The position numbers were made by a program, and so were the translations under genes. DNA of 64,000 nucleotides, taken from Planctomycetota bacterium (lineage in GTDB: Bacteria > Planctomycetota > MHYJ01 > JACPRB01). This document shows, piece after piece, positions 34,082-42,050 of this stretch. The notes under the pieces were generated by a model. It ran no database searches. It had not been told where the DNA came from and saw only the letters and a list, made by a program, of their open reading frames with translations. Every line of letters begins with the position of its first letter. Position 1 is the stretch's first letter. The stretch lies in contig JACPRC010000068.1 of the NCBI GenBank assembly GCA_016190175.1, positions 9,844 through 73,843 on the forward strand, read 5' to 3'.

Positions 34082-34251
34082 GATTCGCCCGCAACAAGGG
34101 TTTCCTTGCGGGCGAATCACCCTGAGCGAGCCGCAGGCGAGTCGAAGGGTTCGCAACCCATCGCGTCCCAAGGCGCAGGAACCCCTCGACTTCGCTCCGC
34201 TCCGCTCGGGGTGAGTCCGCCGCAATGAAGGGACTTTCTTGCGGCGGACTC
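34082..34251. repeat. nested palindromic (REP/MITE-like) element
   Basis: Two perfect 13-bp-stem hairpins: GATTCGCCCGCAA/TTGCGGGCGAATC at 34082-34118 and GAGTCCGCCGCAA/TTGCGGCGGACTC at 34213-34251. They flank an imperfect palindrome with ~32-nt arms (accctgagcgagccgcaggcgagtcgaagggt / acccctcgacttcgctccgctccgctcggggt). Confidence 0.8.
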
Positions 34252-34307
34252 AGGCTTGCGTGGGGAAGAGAGGCCGTGGGCGACACTCTTGGTAGGAGTC
34301 TATCGGG

Positions 34308-34784
34308 GTGAGACGGAAGCTGACCCACGTGGGCCCGGAAGGCGCGCGCATGGTCGACGTCGGCGCCAAGACCGCGACGCGCCGGGTCGCCGTCGCCGCG
34401 GCGACGGTCCTCGCGAAGCCCTCCACGATCCGCGCCATCCGCGCGGGCCGGGTGGAGAAGGGGGCCGTGCTGGAGACGGCGCGGCTCGCGGGCATCCAGG
34501 CCGCCAAACGCACGTCCGACCTCATTCCGCTTTGCCACCCGCTCTCGCTCACGAAGGTCTCCGTCGACTTCGAGGTCGGCCGGACGATCGAGATCGCGGC
34601 GCGGGCGGAGGCGGTCGACCGCACGGGCGTGGAGATGGAGGCGCTGACCGCGGCCTCCATCGCGGCGCTCACGATCTACGACATGTGCAAGGCCCTTGAC
34701 CGGGGGATGGAGATCACTAGAATACGGCTCCTCGAAAAGTCGGGCGGCAAGAGCGGCCGGTTCGTCCGGGAGGAGAAGCCGTGA
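34308..34784 (+). CDS. moaC: cyclic pyranopterin monophosphate synthase
   Basis: [23 protein letters not shown] and [24 protein letters not shown] are typical MoaC motifs. Confidence 0.92.
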   Translation: MRRKLTHVGPEGARMVDVGAKTATRRVAVAAATVLAKPSTIRAIRAGRVEKGAVLETARLAGIQAAKRTSDLIPLCHPLSLTKVSVDFEVGRTIEIAARAEAVDRTGVEMEALTAASIAALTIYDMCKALDRGMEITRIRLLEKSGGKSGRFVREEKP

Positions 34785-34881
34785 TCCCCGTTACACTCAC
34801 GCGGGGTTTCTGCGGCGTCTTCCCGGCGGGCCGCCTGGGAAAGGGAGACAGGCGAGGCCTCTTCCAAAGGAGTGTACCGGG

Positions 34882-35895
34882 GTGAAATCGTACCGTTGCG
34901 CGATCGTCGGCGCCACCGGCGCCGTCGGCCTCAAGTTCATCGAGTGCCTCGAGAAGCGCGACTTTCCCGTCTCGGAGATGATCCTGTACGCGAGCCCGAA
35001 GTCCGAGGGGAAGGCGCTCCACTTCCGCGGGAAACCGCATCGCGTCGTCGGCCTCTCGATGGACCGCGTCCAGAAGTTCGACTTCGCCTTCTTCAGCGCG
35101 GGCTCGTCCGTCTCGAAGGAATACTCCCCCCTCTTCGCGAAGCAGGGCGCGGTCGTCATCGACAACTCCAGCGCGTGGCGGATGGACCCCGACGTGCCGC
35201 TCGTGGTGCCCGAGGTGAATCCGCACGACATCGCGCTCCACACGAAGAAGGGGATCATCGCGAACCCGAACTGTTCGACGATCCAGATGGTGGTGGCGCT
35301 CAAGCCGATCCACGACGCCGCGAGGATCCTGCGCGTCGTCGTCTCGACCTACCAGGCCGTCTCCGGAGCGGGCGGCCGCGCGCTCGAGGAGTTCGAGGGA
35401 GAGGTCCGTTCGTCGGTGACGGGCGACGGGCTCTCGAAGCGGACGATCTTCCCGAGGCCGATCGCGTTCAACGCGATCCCGCAGATCCCGCAGAAGGACG
35501 CCTACAACCCCGACGGCTACACCGTCGAGGAACGCAAGATGATCGACGAGACGAAGAAGATCCTGGGGGATCCCTCGATCCGCGTCTCTCCTACGTGCGT
35601 GCGCGTCCCGGTGAAGAACGGCCACAGCGAGAGCGTCAACGTCGAGACGGAGAAGAAGCTGACCGCGGCGCAGGCGATCGAAGTCCTGAAGAAGGCGCCG
35701 GGGGTCGTCGTCTCGGAGAAGCCGCAGGACTTCCCGACTCCGGCGGAGATCAGCGGCCGCGGCGAGACGTTCGTCGGCCGCATCCGCGAGGACTGGACCG
35801 TCCCCAACGGGCTGCACCTCTGGGTCGTGGCGGACAACATCCTCAAGGGCGCGGCGCTCAATGCGGTCCAGATCGCCGAGGGGATGATCCGCTGA
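34882..35895 (+). CDS. asd: aspartate-semialdehyde dehydrogenase
   Basis: GTG with an AAGGAG RBS. AIVGATGAVG, IANPNCSTIQ (active-site Cys) and STYQAVSGAG. Confidence 0.92.
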   Translation: MKSYRCAIVGATGAVGLKFIECLEKRDFPVSEMILYASPKSEGKALHFRGKPHRVVGLSMDRVQKFDFAFFSAGSSVSKEYSPLFAKQGAVVIDNSSAWRMDPDVPLVVPEVNPHDIALHTKKGIIANPNCSTIQMVVALKPIHDAARILRVVVSTYQAVSGAGGRALEEFEGEVRSSVTGDGLSKRTIFPRPIAFNAIPQIPQKDAYNPDGYTVEERKMIDETKKILGDPSIRVSPTCVRVPVKNGHSESVNVETEKKLTAAQAIEVLKKAPGVVVSEKPQDFPTPAEISGRGETFVGRIREDWTVPNGLHLWVVADNILKGAALNAVQIAEGMIR

Positions 35896-35968
35896 AGACG
35901 AGCCCTCAGCTCTCGGCCTTCCGCTTTCAGCCCCGGGCCGTCCGTCTCCGGCCGATGGCTGACCGCTG

Positions 35969-36763
35969 ATGGCGGATAGCTCCGTGAGGAAGCGCAACGT
36001 CCGCATCGTCGTCGAGTACGACGGAACGGCTTACTACGGCTGGCAGATCCAGAAGGGCTTCAAGACCGTCCAGGGCGAACTCCAGCGCGCGGTGAAAGAG
36101 ATCGTCGGGAAGGAGACGCTCGTCGTGGGGGCCGGCCGCACGGACGCCGGGGTCCACGCCCGCGGGCAGGTCGCGAACTTCCACACCGTTTCGCGCCTCT
36201 CCTGCGCGAAGTTCGTCCAGGCCCTCAATGCCCACCTTCCCGAGGACATCGCCGTCCTCTCGGCGGTGGAGGTGCCGCTGGAGTTCCACTCGCAGTTCGG
36301 CGCGCACGAGAAGACGTACGAGTACGCGATCCTCAACCGGCCCGCGCGAACGGCGCTCCGGCGCACGGTCGTCCACCGCGTGACGCCGCCCCTCGACGCG
36401 GCGAAGATGGCGGAGGCGGCGGCGCACCTCGCCGGCACGCACGACTTCCGCGCCTTCGGCTCCGAGATGTCGAAGAAGGAGAATTCGACGCGGACGATCC
36501 GGGAGTTCGCGGTGACGCGCGAGGGCGACCTCGTACGTTTCCGCGTCACGGGCGACGGCTTCCTCTACAATCAGGTGCGCTCCATGGTCGGCACGCTCCT
36601 GGAGGTCGGGCTCGGGAAGCGTCCGCCCGAGTGGGTCCGCGACGTTCGGGACTCCCTTGACCGCACCAAAGCGGGGGCGAACGTGCCGGCGAAGGGGCTG
36701 ACGCTGGTGGAAGTGCGGTACGAGGGAACAAGGCCCGGGGCGCAGGGCACGGCGGCGGAATAG
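35969..36763 (+). CDS. truA: tRNA pseudouridine(38-40) synthase
   Basis: EYDGTAYYGWQIQ and GAGRTDAGVHARGQVANF (catalytic Asp). Confidence 0.92.
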   Translation: MADSSVRKRNVRIVVEYDGTAYYGWQIQKGFKTVQGELQRAVKEIVGKETLVVGAGRTDAGVHARGQVANFHTVSRLSCAKFVQALNAHLPEDIAVLSAVEVPLEFHSQFGAHEKTYEYAILNRPARTALRRTVVHRVTPPLDAAKMAEAAAHLAGTHDFRAFGSEMSKKENSTRTIREFAVTREGDLVRFRVTGDGFLYNQVRSMVGTLLEVGLGKRPPEWVRDVRDSLDRTKAGANVPAKGLTLVEVRYEGTRPGAQGTAAE

Positions 36764-36945
36764 CGTTTTCGCACGCGTTCACGCGTTTCTTCCACACGAA
36801 AGGCCCGCCTGCGCGAAGGGACCTGCGTACCCGAGTCGCAAGGAGCGGGCCGACACGAATCACTTGGATCGCGATCGAGATCACTCCCGGCCGAAGGCAC
36901 AACGTCACTTGGCGTGGCGGATTGCCGATGATAGGATGGAAGCGG

Positions 36946-37950
36946 ATGATTCTTGCCGCCCTCAAGTTCACGAACTTCAAGGCGCTCCGAAACGCAACTC
37001 TCCCGCTGGGATCCTTCACGCTGATTGTGGGGCCCAATGGAAGCGGCAAGACCACCGCATTGCAGGGACTTCTAATCCTCTCGGGCCAAGCGCGCCACGA
37101 CTACCCTTCCATGGCCAGTGTCGGGATCAAGGACCAGGAAGTCGTCAAGATAGCGGCAGACTGGAAATATGAAGCGAGGTCGGTCGCGCAGACTGTTCTG
37201 CAGTTCAACCGCGGTGGTGGGAGGATTTCCGACACGGATGCGAATGGAATCGAGTCCGGAGCGGGCGGACCAGCCCAGAACTACTTGTCTCGCGTACGCT
37301 ACTACTCGCTCGATCCCCGCGCTCTTTGTCGAAACGTCCAGCTACAGCCGAGGATGGGGCTCTCTGAGGATGGCTCGGGACTCGCAGGGGTGCTCGACAA
37401 TCTCAGGGACACGTCTCCCGAACGTTTCGAAGGTCTGAACGCGGAGTTTTCCCGGTGGCTGCCTGAATTCGACCGCATCCTCTTCAGTACCCCCACGGAT
37501 GGGGCACGAGCCGTCAGCCTCAGACTGCGAGGGACAACGTATGGAGTCCCGGCAACCGAGGTATCGCAGGGATCTCTCCTGGCGCTGGCGATCTTGACGC
37601 TTGCCTACTTGCCGATTCCTCCGAGTCTGGTCTGTTTTGAGGAACCCGACAGGGGCCTTCACCCGCGACTTCTGCGAGACGTCCGTGATGCGCTATATCG
37701 CCTGGCCTATCCGAAGAAACTGGGCGAAGAGAGGACGCCTGTTCAGGTGGTCGCGACGACTCACTCTCCCTACCTGCTGGATCTGTTCAAGGACCATCCG
37801 GAGGAGGTGGTCATCGCTCAGAAGCTCGGCCACGACGCCATCTTCGATCCGCTCGCCAACCGACCGGACGTCGGGGACATCCTCCGCGATAGCCATCTCG
37901 GTGATGCGTGGTATAGCGGGGTCCTTGGCGGCGTCCCGCAGGACCGATGA
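36946..37950 (+). CDS. AAA/ABC-type ATPase (AAA_21-like)
   Basis: Walker A GPNGSGKT, Walker B/D-loop LVCFEEPDRGLHP, H-loop ATTHSPYLL. Visibly lower GC and weaker GC3 bias than neighbouring genes. Alternative starts at 36922 and 36928. Confidence 0.85.
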   Translation: MILAALKFTNFKALRNATLPLGSFTLIVGPNGSGKTTALQGLLILSGQARHDYPSMASVGIKDQEVVKIAADWKYEARSVAQTVLQFNRGGGRISDTDANGIESGAGGPAQNYLSRVRYYSLDPRALCRNVQLQPRMGLSEDGSGLAGVLDNLRDTSPERFEGLNAEFSRWLPEFDRILFSTPTDGARAVSLRLRGTTYGVPATEVSQGSLLALAILTLAYLPIPPSLVCFEEPDRGLHPRLLRDVRDALYRLAYPKKLGEERTPVQVVATTHSPYLLDLFKDHPEEVVIAQKLGHDAIFDPLANRPDVGDILRDSHLGDAWYSGVLGGVPQDR

Positions 37951-38579
37951 AGGTCGCGTTCTTCAGCGAATCGGATGCCGACGAGGCTGCGATCGCAATT
38001 CTCGCCTCGGCAGTGCTCTCTCAAGCCGTGGAGCGGGTTCCCGGTCCGGCTCTGCGAAGCAGGGGTTGGCCATCGGTTCGACAGATCCTCGCGACCGTCA
38101 TTCAACACGTCCATTACCAGACTGACGCGTCCGGCTTGGTCGTCGTGGCGGATTCCAACCATTCTCCGGCGCACCAAGAGGCTCATGCGCAGCTTGGCCG
38201 ATCGGACAAGGCGTGTCGAATGTGTCAACTTCGCGAAATCGCCGACACAGCCGTTGGCTGGCTACGACCCGTAGCCGGCCGATCTCCTCTGCGGATCGCA
38301 ATCGGTATGGCCGTTCCTGCAATCGAGGCATGGTATCTTGCGGGAAAGGACCCACATGTTTCGGAGGCTGTTTGGATCGCCGGAATGCAATCCGGCAAGT
38401 TCCCGTACACGAAGAATGACTTGAAGGAAAAAGTCTATGGGACTGATCGCCCCTCTTTGCCCCTCGAGATCAAACGCGCGAAGGAAGAGGCAACCAGACT
38501 CGCGGCGAGCATTGCGACGATCGAGACCCTCTTCCCCGGAGGATTCGGTTCTTTGGCCGACGTACTCCGGACTTGGTAG
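37947..38579 (+). CDS. TOPRIM/DUF4276-like partner protein
   Basis: ATGA overlap with the ATPase gene. An N-terminal beta-strand plus acidic residue (MKVAFFSESDADE) and a later VVVADSNHS fit an E...DxD TOPRIM-like layout. This is an inference. Confidence 0.55.
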   Translation: MKVAFFSESDADEAAIAILASAVLSQAVERVPGPALRSRGWPSVRQILATVIQHVHYQTDASGLVVVADSNHSPAHQEAHAQLGRSDKACRMCQLREIADTAVGWLRPVAGRSPLRIAIGMAVPAIEAWYLAGKDPHVSEAVWIAGMQSGKFPYTKNDLKEKVYGTDRPSLPLEIKRAKEEATRLAASIATIETLFPGGFGSLADVLRTW

Positions 38580-38661
38580 AGAAGGGCCTCACACGCTTGG
38601 TCTCCTGCACGCGCGGAAATGCATTGATGCGCGATGCCGCGCATGGGTCCGCGCGTGGGAC

Positions 38662-38700
38662 GTTACGAAACGTAACATCGCACGTTACGATTCGTAACGT
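38662..38700. promoter_or_regulatory. two tandem palindromic operator-like sites, GTTACG-N3-CGTAAC
   Basis: GTTACGAAACGTAAC (38662-38676) and ACGTTACGATTCGTAACGT (38682-38700). The centres are 22 bp apart and the second site ends 10 nt before the ATG at 38710. Confidence 0.6.
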
Positions 38701-38709
38701 CGCCGCCTC

Positions 38710-39816
38710 ATGAAGATCCTCCACGTCATCACCCGACTCGTCCTCGGCGGCGCCCAGGAGAACACCGTCCTCACCTGCGAGGGACTGCACGAGCGCGGCC
38801 ACGAAGTGACGCTCGTCACCGGCCCCGCGCTCGGACCCGAAGGCGAGCTGCTCGAACGCGCCCGCCGCGGCGGCTACCGCGTGGTCGTGATCGACGAGAT
38901 GCGCCGCGAGATCCACCCCTGGCGCGACTGGCGGACCTATCGCGCGCTGCGCCGGATCTTCCGCGAGGACCGCCCCGACGTCGTGCACACCCATTCGAGC
39001 AAGGCGGGGTTCCTCGGGCGCCGCGCCGCGCGCGACGAGCGCGTCCCGCTCGTCGCCCACACGATCCACGGACTGCCGTTTCACGACTACCAGTCCCGGG
39101 TCGCGCACGCCGTCTTCCTGGAGTGCGAGCGCGCCGCGGGGGAGTGGTGCGACCTCGTGTTCTGCGTGGGCGAGGTGATGAAGGAGAAGGCGGTCGCCGC
39201 GGGACTCGGGTCTCCCGAGAAGTTCGAGGTCGTCTACAGCGGCATGGAGGTGGAGCGGTTCCTCGAGCCGCGCGACCGCGCGGCCGCCCGCGCCGCGCTG
39301 GCCATCCCGCCGGACGCCGTGGTGGCGGGGGTCGTGTCGCGGCTCGCGCCGCTCAAGGGGCACGAGCATCTCATCGAGGCCGCGGAGGGGCTGCATCTCC
39401 TGTTCGTCGGGGACGGCGAGCGGAGGGCGGAACTCGAAACGCTGGCGCGGCGGCGCGGAGTGCCGGTCACGTTCGCGGGGCTGGTGTCGCCGGAGCGGAT
39501 CCCGGAGATGCTGGCCGCCATGGACCTCCTCGTGCACACCTCGTTCCGCGAAGGGCTCCCGCGGGCGATCCCGCAGGCCGTGATCGCCGGCGTCCCCGTG
39601 GCCGCATTCGACTGCGACGGCGCCCGCGAGGTCGTGCGGCCGGGGATCACGGGCGAGCTCGTACCCCCGGGCGATACGGACGGACTGCACGCCGCGATCG
39701 CGCTGGTCCGCGGGCTGCGCGTCCCCGACGCCGTGCGCCGCGACTTCGCCGGGCGCTTCGACCGGCGGAACATGGTGGTCGCGATTGAAATGGCGTACCG
39801 AAAAGGGAGCATTTGA
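38710..39816 (+). CDS. glycosyltransferase family 4 (GT-B fold)
   Basis: MKILHVITRLVLGGAQ start, HTHSSKAG, and the C-terminal FREGLPRAIPQAVIAGVPV (EX7E-like region). Confidence 0.85.
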   Translation: MKILHVITRLVLGGAQENTVLTCEGLHERGHEVTLVTGPALGPEGELLERARRGGYRVVVIDEMRREIHPWRDWRTYRALRRIFREDRPDVVHTHSSKAGFLGRRAARDERVPLVAHTIHGLPFHDYQSRVAHAVFLECERAAGEWCDLVFCVGEVMKEKAVAAGLGSPEKFEVVYSGMEVERFLEPRDRAAARAALAIPPDAVVAGVVSRLAPLKGHEHLIEAAEGLHLLFVGDGERRAELETLARRRGVPVTFAGLVSPERIPEMLAAMDLLVHTSFREGLPRAIPQAVIAGVPVAAFDCDGAREVVRPGITGELVPPGDTDGLHAAIALVRGLRVPDAVRRDFAGRFDRRNMVVAIEMAYRKGSI

Positions 39817-39869
39817 TTGACCCCGCGGCCCGCGCCGGTGGTATAATCCCCCAAAGAGGCCGCCCCAAG

Positions 39870-40637
39870 ATGCCCATCGCGCTCATCTCCGACATCCATT
39901 CGAACATCGAGGCCCTCGGCGTCGTGTTGAAGGACATCGAGGCGCAGGGCATCAAGGAGATCTACTGCCTCGGCGACCTGGTCGGCTACGGCCCCAATCC
40001 CGCCGAGATCGTCGAGCATTCCATGGAGTGGAAGATCACGCTCATGGGCAACCACGACGAGGCCGTGATCAAGGAGGCCTACGGCTTCAACCCCGTCGCC
40101 AAGCAGGCCGTCGCGTGGACGCGAGACCAGCTCCGCCCGGGCTTCCTTTCGGGCCGCTCGAAGAAGGAGCGGTGGAAAGTCCTGTGCAACCTGGCGCTCA
40201 CGCACACGATCGACGGGGCCCTCTTCGTCCACGGCTCCCCGCGCGATCCGACGATGGAGTACATCCTGCGGTCCGACTGCATCGACCTGACCGGCGGGGT
40301 GCCGGACAAGATCCGCGATATCTTCTCCCGGTTCGAGCGCCTCTGTTTCGTGGGGCACACGCACGACCCCGGCATCATCACGGAGGAATCGCAGTTCATC
40401 GCCCCGAAGGAGTGCCACGAGCGCTGGGACTTCCCGGCCGGCAAGAAGTTCATCGTGAACATCGGCTCCGTCGGGCAGCCGCGCGACGGGGACGTCCGGA
40501 GCTGCTACGCCGTGTACTACGGGGACCGCGTGGAGTGGCGCCGGGTGGAGTACGAGTACAAGACGACGATGCAGAAGATCTTCAACACCCCGCAGCTCGA
40601 TCCGCGGGCCGGCGAGCGGCTGGCCCACGGACGATGA
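39870..40637 (+). CDS. metallophosphoesterase (YfcE/MJ0936-like)
   Basis: ALISDIHSN, CLGDLVGYGP, GNHDEA, VHGSP and GHTH motifs. TATAAT at 39842-39847 lies upstream. Confidence 0.88.
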   Translation: MPIALISDIHSNIEALGVVLKDIEAQGIKEIYCLGDLVGYGPNPAEIVEHSMEWKITLMGNHDEAVIKEAYGFNPVAKQAVAWTRDQLRPGFLSGRSKKERWKVLCNLALTHTIDGALFVHGSPRDPTMEYILRSDCIDLTGGVPDKIRDIFSRFERLCFVGHTHDPGIITEESQFIAPKECHERWDFPAGKKFIVNIGSVGQPRDGDVRSCYAVYYGDRVEWRRVEYEYKTTMQKIFNTPQLDPRAGERLAHGR

Positions 40638-40714
40638 GCGCGGCATTCCGAAAGGAGGTCGGGGCGTCCCTCGTGCCGAGTTCGATACCGATGGTTCCAC
40701 TGGGAGGAGACTCC

Positions 40715-41095
40715 ATGAAGGTCACGGTGACGGCCAGGCACATGGACATCACGGACGTGCTCAAGGAGTACGCGCTGGACAAGGCGGAACGCCTCGGGAA
40801 GTTCTACGATCACCTGCGCAAGATCGAGATCATCCTCGACTCGGACGGCGAGAAACGGTACACGGCCGAGATCATCGCATCGGCGGTGCGCGGACAGGTC
40901 CTGGTCTGCCACTCGGTGGACACCTCGGCCACGGCGGCCCTCGACACGGTGATGGACAAGATGGAGCGCCAGCTCACGAAGTTCAAGGAGAAGCTGCGGG
41001 GGAAGCACGCCAACGGGAGCGACCGCAAGAAGTTCCCCCGGCGGCGCGAGACCGAGCTGGCGGCGGGGGACAGCTTCGGGGACCTCTGGTGGTAG
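40715..41095 (+). CDS. hpf: ribosome hibernation promoting factor
   Basis: GGGAGGAG RBS. MKVTVTARHMDITDVLKEYALDKAERLGKFYDHL is typical of HPF/RaiA. Confidence 0.9.
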   Translation: MKVTVTARHMDITDVLKEYALDKAERLGKFYDHLRKIEIILDSDGEKRYTAEIIASAVRGQVLVCHSVDTSATAALDTVMDKMERQLTKFKEKLRGKHANGSDRKKFPRRRETELAAGDSFGDLWW

Positions 41096-41198
41096 AGGCT
41101 GGGGGGAGGGCTCGCGGACGCAGGAGACCCTCCCCATCTCCATTGCAAGGAGGCGGGCGACTTTGTAGGATGCGCACGTTGCATTCGCGGAGCGAGAA

Positions 41199-41672
41199 GT
41201 GAGACTCACCGACTTCATTCCCCGCAAGGCGATCCTGCCCTCGCTCAAGGCCGCCAACAAGAAGGCCGTGATCACGGAACTCGTCACCGCCCTGAGGAAG
41301 GCCGCCGACGGCGAGAAGTTCGCCGTCGTGGAGGTGGCCGAGGCCGTCCTCGATCGCGAGAAAATCGGCTCCACGGGACTGGGAGCCGGCGTCGCGGTCC
41401 CCCACGCGAAGATCGAGTCGCTCAAAGGCGTGCTGGGGGCCTTCGGGCGCTGCGCCGGCGGCGTCGACTTCAACTCCGTGGACGGCGAGCCCGTAAGCCT
41501 GGTCTTCCTCATCGTCGCCCCGCCCCAGAAGAACGAGGAGTACCTCCAGGCGCTGCAGAAAACGATGCGCGCGATCAAGCAGCCGAACGTGTGCAAGTTC
41601 CTCCGCGCGGCGAAGACCGCGAAGGAGATCGAGGATCTGTTCCGCGAGACCGAGGAGGTGGCCAAGGTGTAG
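41199..41672 (+). CDS. ptsN: PTS EIIA-Ntr
   Basis: EKIGSTGLGAGVAVPHAK (phosphorylatable His) and PVSLVFLIVAP. Confidence 0.88.
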   Translation: MRLTDFIPRKAILPSLKAANKKAVITELVTALRKAADGEKFAVVEVAEAVLDREKIGSTGLGAGVAVPHAKIESLKGVLGAFGRCAGGVDFNSVDGEPVSLVFLIVAPPQKNEEYLQALQKTMRAIKQPNVCKFLRAAKTAKEIEDLFRETEEVAKV

Positions 41673-41696
41673 GGGCCGGGGGCACCGGCAGGCGGA

Positions 41697-41972
41697 ATGA
41701 AATCGGAGCGCCAGGTCACGATCGCCAACGAGAAGGGACTCCACGTCCGGCCGGCGACGAAATTCGCCCAGGTGGCGGTCCGATTCCGCTCGCGCATCGA
41801 GGTCGTCAAGGACGGCGCGACCGTCAACGCGAAGAGCAGCATCGATTTGCTCACGCTGGCCGCCGAGCCCGGTTCCGTCCTTCTCATCCGCGCCGACGGC
41901 GACGACGCGCAGGCCGCCGTCGACGCCCTGGCCGGCCTGGTGGCGGATCGATTCGGGTTTCGCGACGACTAG
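41697..41972 (+). CDS. ptsH: HPr/NPr phosphocarrier protein
   Basis: NEKGLHVRPATKF (active-site His) and NAKSSIDLLTL. Confidence 0.9.
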   Translation: MKSERQVTIANEKGLHVRPATKFAQVAVRFRSRIEVVKDGATVNAKSSIDLLTLAAEPGSVLLIRADGDDAQAAVDALAGLVADRFGFRDD

Positions 41973-41976
41973 CTTG

Positions 41977-42046
41977 CAGCCATCAGCGATCGGCTTTCCG
42001 CTCTCAGCCGTCCGCTGGAAGCTGAAGGCTGATAGCTGACGGCTGA
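41977..42046. repeat. imperfect CAGCC/TCAGC hairpin (same family as 23875-23937)
   Basis: cagccatcagcgatcggctttc ... gaagctgaaggctgatagctgacggctg. Confidence 0.65.
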
Positions 42047-42050
42047 CGCC

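Noticed and set aside
34082-34307. Moco riboswitch upstream of moaC.
   Set aside because: I could not recognise the conserved Moco-motif core. The region is better explained as a REP-like nested palindrome. It should still be checked with Rfam.
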